This document shows, in pieces, positions 47,902 through 57,700 of a DNA stretch of 64,000 bases. The notes under the pieces are model-generated. The model had not been told where the DNA came from and ran no database searches. It worked only from the letters and a program-made list of their open reading frames with translations. The stretch spans positions 224,001 to 288,000 of the forward strand of contig CAVZSV010000005.1 in assembly GCA_963778115.1 (NCBI GenBank). Direction: 5' to 3'. The stretch's first letter is position 1. Every line of letters begins with the position of its first letter. The position numbers and the translations under genes are program-made. This DNA comes from an uncultured delta proteobacterium (GTDB lineage: Bacteria > Bdellovibrionota > FAC87 > UBA2466).

Positions 47902-49505
47902 GTGTTGCGGAACCGAACTATCTGGAAAATGGCCATTCCGTAAAGTCCTGGCTTTTGACTAAAGACCATAAGCGAATTGCGCTTTTGTATCTGATTAGCA
48001 TCACCTTCTTTTTCATGATAGGCGGCATTGCAGCGACCCTGTTTCGTGTCGAACTGATGAATCCGCACGGTGAGATGTTTAAGTCGGAAACCTATAACCG
48101 GCTGTTTTCCGCCCACGGCATCGTCATGGTGTTTCTGTTTTTGGTCCCTTCGATTCCTAGTACGCTCGGAAATTTTTTAATTCCGCTCATGATTGGCGCC
48201 AAAGATCTGGCCTTTCCTAGAATCAATTTGGCCAGCTGGTATCTCTATATGGTGGGGGGATCGTTGATCTTGTGGGCCATCGTCTCAGGCGGTGTCGATA
48301 CGGGCTGGACCTTTTATACTCCGTACAGCAGTCTGTATTCTAATTCCAACGTGGTGCTCACCATCGTAGGTGTCTTTATCGTGGGATTCTCCTCGATCTT
48401 CACGGGGTTAAATTTCATCGTCACGATCCACAAACTTAGAGCTCCAGGCCTTACCTGGAAGCGGTTGCCGCTTTTCGTATGGGCCCATTATGCGACGAGC
48501 ATTATCATCGTATTAGGAACGCCGGTGGTCGCTATCGCTTTAGCCCTTGTGGTGGTGGAAAGAGTCTTTGGCATAGGAATTTTTGATCCGACTCGTGGCG
48601 GAGATCCTGTGCTGTTTCAGCATCTGTTCTGGTTTTATTCGCATCCCGCGGTTTACATTATGATTTTGCCGGCGATGGGAATCATTAGTGAAGTGATTGC
48701 GTGCTTCGCCAGAAAGCGGGTGTTTGGATATTCCATGATTGCGTTCTCGAGTCTGGCGATTGCGATCTTGGGTTTTTTGGTATGGGGACACCATATGTTT
48801 GTCTCAAGCCAATCGCCTTACGCCGGACTTGTGTTTTCAGCATTAAGCATGTTCGTTGCGGTTCCCTCTGCGATTAAAGTCTTTAACTGGACGGCCACTC
48901 TTTTTAAGGGCTCGGTTTCCTACGAATCGCCCATGCTTTACGCTTTGGGGTTTATCGGATTATTCACATTGGGGGGATTGACTGGAATTTTCTTAGCGAC
49001 GTTAGCTTCTGACGTTCACTTGCACGATACTTACTTTGTGATAGCCCACTTTCACTACATTATGGTGGGGGGTACTATCATGGCCTATTTCGCGGGAATC
49101 CATTTTTGGTGGCCCAAAATATTTGGCCGCCGGTATCCCGAGCGATGGGCAAAACTCTTTGCGACGATTATTTTCATCGGCTTTAACCTTACCTTCTTCC
49201 CGCAATTTATTATGGGGATGAATGGGATGCCACGAAGATACCACGCCTATCCGCCTGAGTTTCAGGTCCTTAATGTGCTCTCTACGGCGGGGGCCTCCAT
49301 TTTGGCGCTGGGTTACCTTGGTCCTCTGTTCTATCTGTTGTGGTCGCTCAAGTACGGCAAAAAGGCGACGTCCAATCCTTGGGATGCTACCGGCCTTGAG
49401 TGGCAGACGGCTTCACCTCCTACGACGGAAAACTTCGAGCAGATCCCTGTCGTCAAAGAAGAGGCCTATGCCTACGATCTAAGGGAGGTGCCGCATGTCG
49501 TTTAA
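47898..49505 (+). CDS. coxA: Cytochrome c oxidase subunit I, A2 type
   Basis: [24 protein letters not shown] (YS motif of A2), WGHHM, AHFHY, MPRRY. Confidence 0.97.
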   Translation: MSVAEPNYLENGHSVKSWLLTKDHKRIALLYLISITFFFMIGGIAATLFRVELMNPHGEMFKSETYNRLFSAHGIVMVFLFLVPSIPSTLGNFLIPLMIGAKDLAFPRINLASWYLYMVGGSLILWAIVSGGVDTGWTFYTPYSSLYSNSNVVLTIVGVFIVGFSSIFTGLNFIVTIHKLRAPGLTWKRLPLFVWAHYATSIIIVLGTPVVAIALALVVVERVFGIGIFDPTRGGDPVLFQHLFWFYSHPAVYIMILPAMGIISEVIACFARKRVFGYSMIAFSSLAIAILGFLVWGHHMFVSSQSPYAGLVFSALSMFVAVPSAIKVFNWTATLFKGSVSYESPMLYALGFIGLFTLGGLTGIFLATLASDVHLHDTYFVIAHFHYIMVGGTIMAYFAGIHFWWPKIFGRRYPERWAKLFATIIFIGFNLTFFPQFIMGMNGMPRRYHAYPPEFQVLNVLSTAGASILALGYLGPLFYLLWSLKYGKKATSNPWDATGLEWQTASPPTTENFEQIPVVKEEAYAYDLREVPHVV

Positions 49506-50145
49506 TCCGCATGGGATTCCGGTAGTGCACGAACCCTTCGCCGACTTCGAGCAAAAGCGAGAGACCTGGCTTGGCGGGATGTGGCTTTTTCTGGGCACCG
49601 AGGTCATGTTCTTCGGTGTTCTGTTTTTATCTTATGCGATCTACCACCACCAATATCCCGAAGTCTTTGCCGCTTACTCCAGTCACTTAGACGCGTTTTG
49701 GGGGACGGTGAACACGGGCGTTCTATTGACGAGTAGTCTTTTCATGGCTTTAGGAGTCCATGCCGCTCACGAGAAGAAAAACCACCAGGTGGTGTTTTAC
49801 TTGGCTGTTACCATCGCTCTTGCGTTGGTCTTTTGCTGTATCAAAGCGCATGAATGGCATGACGACTACCTTCATGGGCTGGTTCCTGGAAAATGGTGGT
49901 GGTACTCAGGTAAAGATAGCGACGTAGGCGAACTCTTCTTTCGAATGTATTTCACGATGACGGGGCTTCATGCGCTGCATGTGCTGATAGGTGTGGGACT
50001 CATGGCGTGGTTTCTTCCGGGAGCGTGGAAGGGAAGATATAATGGCGAAAACTACCTACCCCTCGAAATGCTGGGATTGTACTGGCATTTTGTGGATCTG
50101 GTCTGGATATTTTTGTATCCAGTTTTCTATCTATTAAGCCAATGA
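49495..50145 (+). CDS. coxC: Cytochrome c oxidase subunit III
   Basis: [41 protein letters not shown]. Confidence 0.95.
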   Translation: MSFNPHGIPVVHEPFADFEQKRETWLGGMWLFLGTEVMFFGVLFLSYAIYHHQYPEVFAAYSSHLDAFWGTVNTGVLLTSSLFMALGVHAAHEKKNHQVVFYLAVTIALALVFCCIKAHEWHDDYLHGLVPGKWWWYSGKDSDVGELFFRMYFTMTGLHALHVLIGVGLMAWFLPGAWKGRYNGENYLPLEMLGLYWHFVDLVWIFLYPVFYLLSQ

Positions 50146-50441
50146 AGACTGTCGATGATTACATAGTGACTTCCAAACCGATGTCGCTCTTTTCTTACTG
50201 GGCAGCTTACGTTGCTTTAATGATTTTGCTGGTAGCGACTTACAGCCTGTCTCGCTGGCTGCCCCCTTCGATCCATGTGGGCGTCTCTTTGCTTATCAGT
50301 GTGCTCAAAGCCCTTCTGGTGCTCTGGTTTTTTATGCACCTGAGATCAAGCTCTAAGACGGTACTTCTGTTTTTCTTAGCTTCTCTTTTCACTCTCTGGA
50401 TAGGCTTTGTCCTAAGCTTCTCCGACTACTTCACCCGCTAA
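50142..50441 (+). CDS. coxD: Cytochrome c oxidase subunit IV
   Basis: 3 TM; KALLVLWFFMHL; DYFTR end. Confidence 0.9.
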   Translation: MKTVDDYIVTSKPMSLFSYWAAYVALMILLVATYSLSRWLPPSIHVGVSLLISVLKALLVLWFFMHLRSSSKTVLLFFLASLFTLWIGFVLSFSDYFTR

Positions 50442-50443
50442 CC

Positions 50444-50470
50444 ACAGAAAGGTAGGCCGTACCTTTCTGT
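50444..50470. repeat. Perfect 11-bp-stem palindrome after coxD (terminator or REP-like)
   Basis: ACAGAAAGGTA-GGCCG-TACCTTTCTGT; no U-tract; related copies at 56964-57022. Confidence 0.7.
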
Positions 50471-50598
50471 CAGAGCCCACCATCCCCAGAGAGGTCTTTG
50501 GGCGCAATTATCAATAATGAGAAGCCTTAGTAAGTGACGCTTAGCGCCTGAAACAACTCACTAAGAAAACCCGTGGCCAGGATGAGAAGGACCATTAA

Positions 50599-50626
50599 TC
50601 GGAGTGTCATTTTCGGAGTGTCATTT
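50599..50626 (+). repeat. Tandem direct repeat, 2 x 14 bp (TCGGAGTGTCATTT)
   Basis: Two exact adjacent copies upstream of the glycan cluster. Confidence 0.85.
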
Positions 50627-50766
50627 AAGGTCTCGAAAAGCCTATCGGATTTTGACCATCAAAGTTAGTGCCGGAATTCCAGGGGTTAAGTCATAAAATT
50701 TTAGCATATGCCGATGAGTCATTGAGGCTCCGTGTTGAGGAACAGGGGCAAAGGGAGAAAATTCGG

Positions 50767-51518
50767 ATGAAATATGCCGTGTGTTCCGGGTCGTGGTGGA
50801 GCCCTCTCCAAAATCATCCGGGTACGAAATTTAACGACTCATGGGACTTCGTGCGAGATGTCAGATTTTTTTCTGTGTGGCATTACTTCGTCAATAAATA
50901 TACGTGCCCCGAGAAGATATTGATTGTCGATTCGGATAGCCCCTTGAAGCCCGAGTTTCCCGAGATCCCCGTCTCGAATTTATTCGTATGAGAACGAATT
51001 TTGGTCATGCTCTGAGTCAGGGGGTTGAGGTCTGTGGTTGGACAAGAGCGCTAATGACGGGAGCGTTTTACACATGGATTAATGATTTGGATTACTTTGT
51101 ATTTATCGAACAAGATTGCTTGGTTTCCGGAAGCGGATGGGTGGAACACGTAATCTCGAACATGAAAGGTCGCGGGCTATCGTGCGGCGTTTATTCCGAG
51201 TCCCACTTAAGAGTCGAAAATAGTCTAATCATTATTCATCGAGATTGGATTCCACGCTTCATCCGGTACTATACCGATATACCTCAATGGGATTCGGTAC
51301 TGTTTCCCGAATTAAAATTTCATAAACTTCTTTTCACTAATCGGTTTTTCAAGATTCCATTCACTCCACTTCCCTTCGGATATGGAAGATCGAGGCCCAT
51401 CGATTTTACCTCGCCCCATTTTTACGCTCAGCAATGGAATGAAAGCGACCTCCGCTTGCTTTTGAATCAGGAAGGCTGCGAGTTTCTGTTGCCCGAGAAA
51501 AAGGAAAGTGCCGCATGA
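50767..51518 (+). CDS. Hypothetical GT-A-like protein split by an apparent frameshift near 50962
   Basis: ORF-track calls 50668..50991 and 50988..51518 join into a smooth reading (...ILIVDSDSPLKPEFP-x-DPRLEFIRMRTNFGH...YFVFIEQDCLV) if one base is added. Confidence 0.6.
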
Positions 51519-52351
51519 ACCAGATAAGAAAACGGTTACATCTTTTACTACTGAAATTGAGATTCACCCGGTGGGCAACGGCTATTTTTGGAGCTTATTT
51601 CAAGACGAATGGAAATTCGATCGAGCTAGATATTACTTATGCGTGTCACTTCGGTTGTGTTAACTGTAATCGCTCGAGTACCCAGGCGAAGTCCGACCTT
51701 TATATGCCCCTTGAAGTTATTAGAGACTTTATCACCCAGAGCGTCGATACGGATCGAAAGTGGAAAGAAATTAGAGTGATGGGAGGGGAACCGATGCTGC
51801 ATCCCCAAATTGGAGAGATCTTCGATCTGCTAGTCGAATATAAGCGTGCTCATCTACCGGGAGTCATCATTTTTCTTAAAACGAACATGAAGGCCAAGAA
51901 GGTAGATGATTTGGTGAATAGATACGCTGGAGATGTTCAATGTGTCTATGGCAACAGTCTGGAACGGAGCAAAAGTGAGTTCGTGGAATTTAACAATGCT
52001 CCCTGCGATGACCCTCACTTTCGTCAAGTGGACTATAGGAATGGTTGCTCGGTAACCGAGGTAGACGGCATTGGCTTAAGCCCCCTTGGAAAGTATTACC
52101 AATGCGGCCCTGCCGGGGGAATCGATCGAATCTTTCACCATGACGTTGGTAAGGATTCGCTCCCCGCGGCGGATTATTCTTTCGACCGTCAAAAAGAGAG
52201 CCTTTGCCGATATTGCGGACATTTTCGTTTCGCTCTTAGCTTAGACTCCAATGTCGGGGCGAAGCAGATAACCACCGACTCCTGGAAGAAAGGGTATGAA
52301 CTGGCCCTGCAAGAGCGAGCCGATAAGAAAAAGAAGGCTGTGGGCACATGA
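51515..52351 (+). CDS. Radical SAM protein with C-terminal Cys cluster
   Basis: ELDITYACHFGCVNC (CxxxCxxC), MGGEPMLHP, C...C...CRYC. Confidence 0.9.
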   Translation: MNQIRKRLHLLLLKLRFTRWATAIFGAYFKTNGNSIELDITYACHFGCVNCNRSSTQAKSDLYMPLEVIRDFITQSVDTDRKWKEIRVMGGEPMLHPQIGEIFDLLVEYKRAHLPGVIIFLKTNMKAKKVDDLVNRYAGDVQCVYGNSLERSKSEFVEFNNAPCDDPHFRQVDYRNGCSVTEVDGIGLSPLGKYYQCGPAGGIDRIFHHDVGKDSLPAADYSFDRQKESLCRYCGHFRFALSLDSNVGAKQITTDSWKKGYELALQERADKKKKAVGT

Positions 52352-54132
52352 AAAAGGGACAGCAACAGCCGCACCATATCGAAATAACAACGAATGTAGG
52401 ATGTAGTAATCTCTGCGACCATTGCCCCCAATCGTCAATCACGCACGCTTACGGTCCCCATCTGGGCGAACGTATGATGTCATTGGATACATTTAAATCT
52501 TGCTTGGATAAACTACCCGCTTCAACCATTATCGATTTTTCGGGAATGTCCGAGCCTTGGCTCAATCCAAACTGCACTTCCATGCTCCTCTATGCCCATG
52601 AAAAGGGACATCCCATTTCGGTCTATACCACCCTAGTAGGATGGACCGAGCGTGATCTTAACCTGGTCCAACACATTGCTTTTCAGGAATTCGTCGTGCA
52701 TCTGGCTGCGGCCGACGGGGCGGACAAGATAAAGACAGGACCCGTCTATTATGAATTGCTAAAGAGCGTGATAAAGTCGATTCCCAATGTTCATTTCGTC
52801 CACCTCTCTGCGGTCCCGGATCCCAGGGCTCTGGCAATTGTCGGATCAGCGGAACACAAGCCACTCACAACACGGGGGAATCTCGTGCCCGAAAAGGTTC
52901 TAAAGCCGGTCGGACGATATACGGGAACGATCACTTGTGTACGTTCGAAGGGCTATACCGTTTTGTTACCTAACGGAGAAGTCACTCTTTGTTGTATGGA
53001 CTATGGATTAAAACACAAACTCGGAAATCTTAAGCAGCAGGACTACCCGTCTCTGTACGAAAGTCAGGAATATAAGAAAATACTTAGGGGACTTGAGGAT
53101 CCTAGTGAGGATATTTTATGTAGAGTATGTGACTGGGGTATTGCCCAGTCCGAAGCGAAAAAAAGAGAGGCTCAACATTCGCGATGGGATTTTACCTATA
53201 GGCGTTGGCGTGCGTTTGCGGTCTCTGTTTTAAGGCCATTAGCATTGCGATTAGCAAGTATAAAGCAATGGCAAGTCAATGTGCTTAATGTCCATAATTT
53301 AGGCTCTTCTCGAGCTCTAGGAGATACCCTTTTGGCGGACATGTTCTGTCGGAGTATTAAGAAGAAATATCCAGGAGCAAGAATTAATCTCGTATCGAAT
53401 GACGAGGATCTTGTTAGAAAAAGCCCGTGGGTTCATTCATTCAATGGCAATGCGCGGGGGCAGCGTGGGTTATCAAAACTGCTGACGCTGGAATTTAAGT
53501 ATTCGTTTTTACCTTTTCGGCCCGAAGATATGCCTATTAAGGAGCCGTTCGATCGGTACGGATTAGCGTTTGAGCAGCGTCCGCAAATCCATCTGGATCG
53601 CGAAGAGATTGAAGCAGCTACGACACTCATTCCCCATAATGGACTTCCCACCATCGCAATTAATGTAGAAAGTTTTAGGCCGGTGAAGAATTGGCCGTTG
53701 GCCTATTGGGAAAAATTCGTTCAGATGATTCAAAAGAGCAACAACGTCATTCAATTGGGATCCGAATTTGAGCCGATACTTAACGGCGTTATACGGCTTT
53801 CAGGAAAACTATCGCCACGCCAATCCGTGGCCGTTCTTGCCAATTGCGAGGCCTTTGTCGGACCGGATAGCTTTCTCATGCACGCGGCTAGGGCAGTCAA
53901 TGTGCCTTCGGTCATCATTTTCGGTGGTCGTGCGACTCCCAGAAATTTCGGTTACCCCGAAAACAGGAATCTGTTCGTTAAAGTGGAGTGTGGCCCCTGT
54001 GTAAAACAAGGCGCGTGTGAGTTTAATACACGGTGTATGGAGCTCATTTCCGTGGAAACCGTCTACCAACATGCAACAGAACTAATCGCGACGGCTTGCA
54101 CCAAGAAAATTAAGCTATTATCCGCCGCATAG
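52348..54132 (+). CDS. Radical SAM/SPASM-twitch domain fused to GT9 glycosyltransferase
   Basis: GCSNLCDHCPQ, FSGMSEPWLNP, LPNGEVTLCCMDY...CRVC; then LGDTLL, KNWPLAYW, FVGPDSFLMHAARAVNVPSVIIFG, CGPC. Confidence 0.85.
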   Translation: MKKGQQQPHHIEITTNVGCSNLCDHCPQSSITHAYGPHLGERMMSLDTFKSCLDKLPASTIIDFSGMSEPWLNPNCTSMLLYAHEKGHPISVYTTLVGWTERDLNLVQHIAFQEFVVHLAAADGADKIKTGPVYYELLKSVIKSIPNVHFVHLSAVPDPRALAIVGSAEHKPLTTRGNLVPEKVLKPVGRYTGTITCVRSKGYTVLLPNGEVTLCCMDYGLKHKLGNLKQQDYPSLYESQEYKKILRGLEDPSEDILCRVCDWGIAQSEAKKREAQHSRWDFTYRRWRAFAVSVLRPLALRLASIKQWQVNVLNVHNLGSSRALGDTLLADMFCRSIKKKYPGARINLVSNDEDLVRKSPWVHSFNGNARGQRGLSKLLTLEFKYSFLPFRPEDMPIKEPFDRYGLAFEQRPQIHLDREEIEAATTLIPHNGLPTIAINVESFRPVKNWPLAYWEKFVQMIQKSNNVIQLGSEFEPILNGVIRLSGKLSPRQSVAVLANCEAFVGPDSFLMHAARAVNVPSVIIFGGRATPRNFGYPENRNLFVKVECGPCVKQGACEFNTRCMELISVETVYQHATELIATACTKKIKLLSAA

Positions 54133-54145
54133 ACGGCTGCGTGTT

Positions 54146-55192
54146 ATGAGCCAAAGGAAATTACGGCTAAGAATGAAAACTTCATCATCTAATTTTTCTC
54201 TATCAGTCGTTATGCCAGTGTTTAATGCGGGTCCCTTTCTCGACGTCTCCATAGCAAGTATTCTTAATCAGTCTTTTAGCGTTTTTGAGCTCATTCTCGT
54301 CGACGATGGTTCCACCGATGAGACAAGCGCAAATTTGCATAGATGGGCACAAGCCGATAATCGAATTAGGGTATTGCGAAATAGCGTGAATCTCGGGGTG
54401 GGAGCAAGCTTAAATAAAGGCGTACTTGCAAGCAACGGAACGTGGATCGCCCGAATGGATGCCGATGACATCGCGGAGCCTCATCGGTTTCAGGTTCAAA
54501 GAGCGTACGTATTGAGTCGGCCAAATCTGGTGCTCTTAGGTTCGAACGTGACGCTGTTGAACGAATCAGGCCTTGTTACCGAAGGACTTTCATTGCCCCA
54601 AGACCACCGAGAGATTAGGCGATCGCTCTTATTCGGAGGGTGGCCTTTGGTGCATCCTTCGACCCTTTTCTCCCGAGTCGCCTTTGATATGGCCGGTGGC
54701 TATATCGAAGCTCGCAATTTTACCCTCGAGGACCATGCCTTTTTTATTCGCCTATCGGAACTGGGAGAGGTGGCCAATCATCCCGATGCTCTGCTTCGCT
54801 ATCGGAGACATCACTATAGCTATTCTAACAACGCAAGAATTAAATCTAAGCAGGTGGAAAAGATAAAAAAGGAAATGGCCTGGGAAAGTCTAGTACGGAC
54901 GCATGAAGTTTCGTCATGGATGAATGGCCCGAGCCGAATAGATCTGGGACTGCATGGATTACAGCAGACCTCAATTGGCCGCACGGGGTATTTGAAAAGA
55001 CAATATCTTTACATGGCGAAACGATGTTTGATGCATCTTGAGTTTCGTGCGGCGTTATTGAATTTACGGGCATGCCGCGCAGATCGCTTGTCTATCCAAT
55101 CCTCCGGGGCATCCCTTTCCTCCTTTGATCCTGACTTTGGGACTGCTCGACCAAAAGATAAAGAAGGCAAGAGGCAGACTTCCACAGGATAG
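54146..55192 (+). CDS. GT2 glycosyltransferase
   Basis: SVVMPVFN, VDDGSTD, IARMDADD, HPS, ED, YRRH. Confidence 0.93.
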   Translation: MSQRKLRLRMKTSSSNFSLSVVMPVFNAGPFLDVSIASILNQSFSVFELILVDDGSTDETSANLHRWAQADNRIRVLRNSVNLGVGASLNKGVLASNGTWIARMDADDIAEPHRFQVQRAYVLSRPNLVLLGSNVTLLNESGLVTEGLSLPQDHREIRRSLLFGGWPLVHPSTLFSRVAFDMAGGYIEARNFTLEDHAFFIRLSELGEVANHPDALLRYRRHHYSYSNNARIKSKQVEKIKKEMAWESLVRTHEVSSWMNGPSRIDLGLHGLQQTSIGRTGYLKRQYLYMAKRCLMHLEFRAALLNLRACRADRLSIQSSGASLSSFDPDFGTARPKDKEGKRQTSTG

Positions 55193-55287
55193 ATCACAAA
55201 CAAGACTTTGAGAGGTAACTTCTGCCCAATTCGTGAACCGATTGCCTTACTGTGGGGAAGGCCATGTTGTCCTCTTCAAGGAAGCTG

Positions 55288-56946
55288 TTACCGAGATAAA
55301 TCTCTTGGACGGGAGCCAAAACAGGGAATCTTGGCGGCGAGTTCGCCTAAGGGGGATTTGAAAAAGGCTGTCGCTTCGGGACTTGGGTTTTCTCTCGCAA
55401 GGACTGCTAGATTGGCAGCTAGCGAATAAAAACGACGGGGTTCGTTTTGGATCACCATTTCTATTTTATTGATTCTATCGATGACCTCTTTATCGGATCC
55501 CTGTAGTTTTCTCAGCTCGGTGAAGAACTCCTCTGGGCTCTTCTGGAATCGCACGATGTTCATAAGGTCTTCGGTCATCTTCTCACGCACCTGAAACTTT
55601 CCACTCGCTAGCCCAACGATATATTTTTTGATCTCTTCGGTTGGAGGCAGATCTCTTAGAAACCCTCGGGAAAACGCTTGCAACGATTCTTTGATGGCAT
55701 CGCGATGATTCTGCAATGCGACTCGAGCCCGAAAGGATTTAAGGGGGTCAGGGGACGAAAGCTCCTCTTTAGCTTCTTCGACGGAAATAGGCCGTAAGGT
55801 GAGATCGAAGAGCTTGACCGTCGGACAGGGCTCATCCTTTGAGAAAAACTGGCCATCCGAGAGTGAAGGGACGCTAAGCAGCTGATAGGGCGATCCTGGA
55901 ATCGTTTTGAGGTTAGATTTTTCGAAACTACGAATAGGAATACCGGTTCGTCTATCATAGATCGTGGAAAGACCACCCTCGATCCCCAGCGAACGATTCC
56001 CTCCAATAAGGAAATTGTCCGAGATATCCTCAAGCCAACTCAATTTTTTGTCACCGTCCGCGTCCGTCACCGGAACGGCATCAGCCAGTAAAAAGGGCTC
56101 TCCGGAATGGCTTCCATCCGCTTTCAAAAATAAAATGCCGGGGGGCGGAATGGGGGGCTCCTGATAGCCTCGCGAACTTCTACTCTTAAAGACATAGGTC
56201 TTTGACTCAGGCAGGTACTTAAGAAACTCGAATTCATCCGGCTTTCCAAATGCCATCGGCGTTTGCTTACCCGAAAAGTCCAGACGTGCAAGCTTCTTGT
56301 GGTCCCCAAGAACCATATGATCATCGGCCACCAGAAGCACTCGATCCCTAGAGGAGTCCACAAATTTCGGAGGATCACTTCGTAGATCGTAGATCGTAAC
56401 GCCGGAGTGAACGGAAGCAAAAAAGTTACCACTGGGATCAAAACTCGAACCACTCAGACCTATTAGTTGATCTGAGAGTCGGACCCTAGGTTTTGCGGAG
56501 TCTAGATCCCATACAAGAAAGGGATCCTTTTTTCCCGCTGGTCCGGCACTTCCGGGCGTATGACTTGTAAAGCCCCCGCCCACTGCGACAAAGCGGCCGT
56601 TGGGACTCACTACACTTTCCACGGAAAGAGTCTCTTTCCCTTCGGGTTGATCCACCACCGATCCTTCTATCTGCTGCAGAAGTTTTCCGGTCGTCGAGTC
56701 GAATCGGGCGATGAGACCGTTGCTGAAGGACGCTACGATATCGCCTTTGGTACTTTTCACGATGTGTTCAATGTGGCAAGAACCCCCATGGAGACTTGAG
56801 GGAAGGTCTAAAGTGACCTCACCCAAAGACGAAGGCCCTTCACTCGTCCTGTGAGGTGGATTGGTGGACGGGGCATGGCGGCCTCCCGCTAACGCGATAG
56901 CAGTCGTAAAGAAGAGAACGGAAATTACCGACTGGGTCGATTTCAT
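55288..56946 (-). CDS. Secreted WD40/beta-propeller protein with helical C-terminus
   Basis: Signal peptide; SPNGRFVAVG, LVWDL, FDPSGNFFAS, IYD repeats; HEAT-like GLASGKFQVREKMTEDL. Confidence 0.7.
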   Translation of the reverse strand: MKSTQSVISVLFFTTAIALAGGRHAPSTNPPHRTSEGPSSLGEVTLDLPSSLHGGSCHIEHIVKSTKGDIVASFSNGLIARFDSTTGKLLQQIEGSVVDQPEGKETLSVESVVSPNGRFVAVGGGFTSHTPGSAGPAGKKDPFLVWDLDSAKPRVRLSDQLIGLSGSSFDPSGNFFASVHSGVTIYDLRSDPPKFVDSSRDRVLLVADDHMVLGDHKKLARLDFSGKQTPMAFGKPDEFEFLKYLPESKTYVFKSRSSRGYQEPPIPPPGILFLKADGSHSGEPFLLADAVPVTDADGDKKLSWLEDISDNFLIGGNRSLGIEGGLSTIYDRRTGIPIRSFEKSNLKTIPGSPYQLLSVPSLSDGQFFSKDEPCPTVKLFDLTLRPISVEEAKEELSSPDPLKSFRARVALQNHRDAIKESLQAFSRGFLRDLPPTEEIKKYIVGLASGKFQVREKMTEDLMNIVRFQKSPEEFFTELRKLQGSDKEVIDRINKIEMVIQNEPRRFYSLAANLAVLARENPSPEATAFFKSPLGELAAKIPCFGSRPRDLSR

Positions 56947-56963
56947 GAATACTATTCTACTTG

Positions 56964-57022
56964 ATACCAGAAGGTACGGCCTATCTTCTGGTATTTTACA
57001 GAAAGGGACGTACCTTTTTGTA
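56964..57022. repeat. Two adjacent imperfect palindromes related to the 50444 hairpin
   Basis: ATACCAGAAGGTA-CGGCC-TATCTTCTGGTAT and TACAGAAAGG-GACGTA-CCTTTTTGTA. Confidence 0.65.
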
Positions 57023-57077
57023 GTTTGGGCTTTTCAATGCTGACCTGACGCGTTATCCACAGGGGAAAGGGGGTAAT

Positions 57078-57692
57078 ATGAATCGCATGGGTTTTCTTTT
57101 TATCTACGTATTTTGTTCGGCCCTGAGTTTGGGATGGGGAAGAGGGGCGGTTGGGGAAGAGATAAATCCTAACGAATGTCCCGATTTCACCGGAACGTGG
57201 CGCGGTCTTTGTCATAACGAAAAAGACGGGCAACGCACGGAAATTCTTAGAGTCACTCAAGGCCGGATTATTGCCGGGCGATTAGCCGGGCGCTGCGAGG
57301 CATTTTTTCTACGGCAAAACCCCGAAGATTACGGCGAAGTCATTTTCCTTCAAAATTTAAGCGTCAATACGAGGTCGGTGCTCACCCAGCAACACCGCGA
57401 GGTAGTCGATTCCGGAGTCTATTGGCTTGATCAGAAGAATAAGAAGAGTTTGGTCCACTGGATTACCGAGGTCTATCTGCATACCCGAATTAATATGGGG
57501 AACATCACGGGCGAAGAGCGGATAATTGCGGATACCAAAGACACGCTCACCCTTAATGACAAAGACGAATTAGAGATCCAAAGAATAGAAGATACGATCA
57601 ACGAACATCCCAAGCTGGGCCGAGAGGTGACTTCAGTTAAAAGTAGTTGCCGATTGACCCGACTCAACCGCGATAGGCTTTCGGTCGATTAG
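57078..57692 (+). CDS. Secreted hypothetical beta-rich protein
   Basis: Signal peptide; CPDFTGTWRGLC; terminal CRLTR. Confidence 0.7.
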   Translation: MNRMGFLFIYVFCSALSLGWGRGAVGEEINPNECPDFTGTWRGLCHNEKDGQRTEILRVTQGRIIAGRLAGRCEAFFLRQNPEDYGEVIFLQNLSVNTRSVLTQQHREVVDSGVYWLDQKNKKSLVHWITEVYLHTRINMGNITGEERIIADTKDTLTLNDKDELEIQRIEDTINEHPKLGREVTSVKSSCRLTRLNRDRLSVD

Positions 57693-57700
57693 CGGACTTT

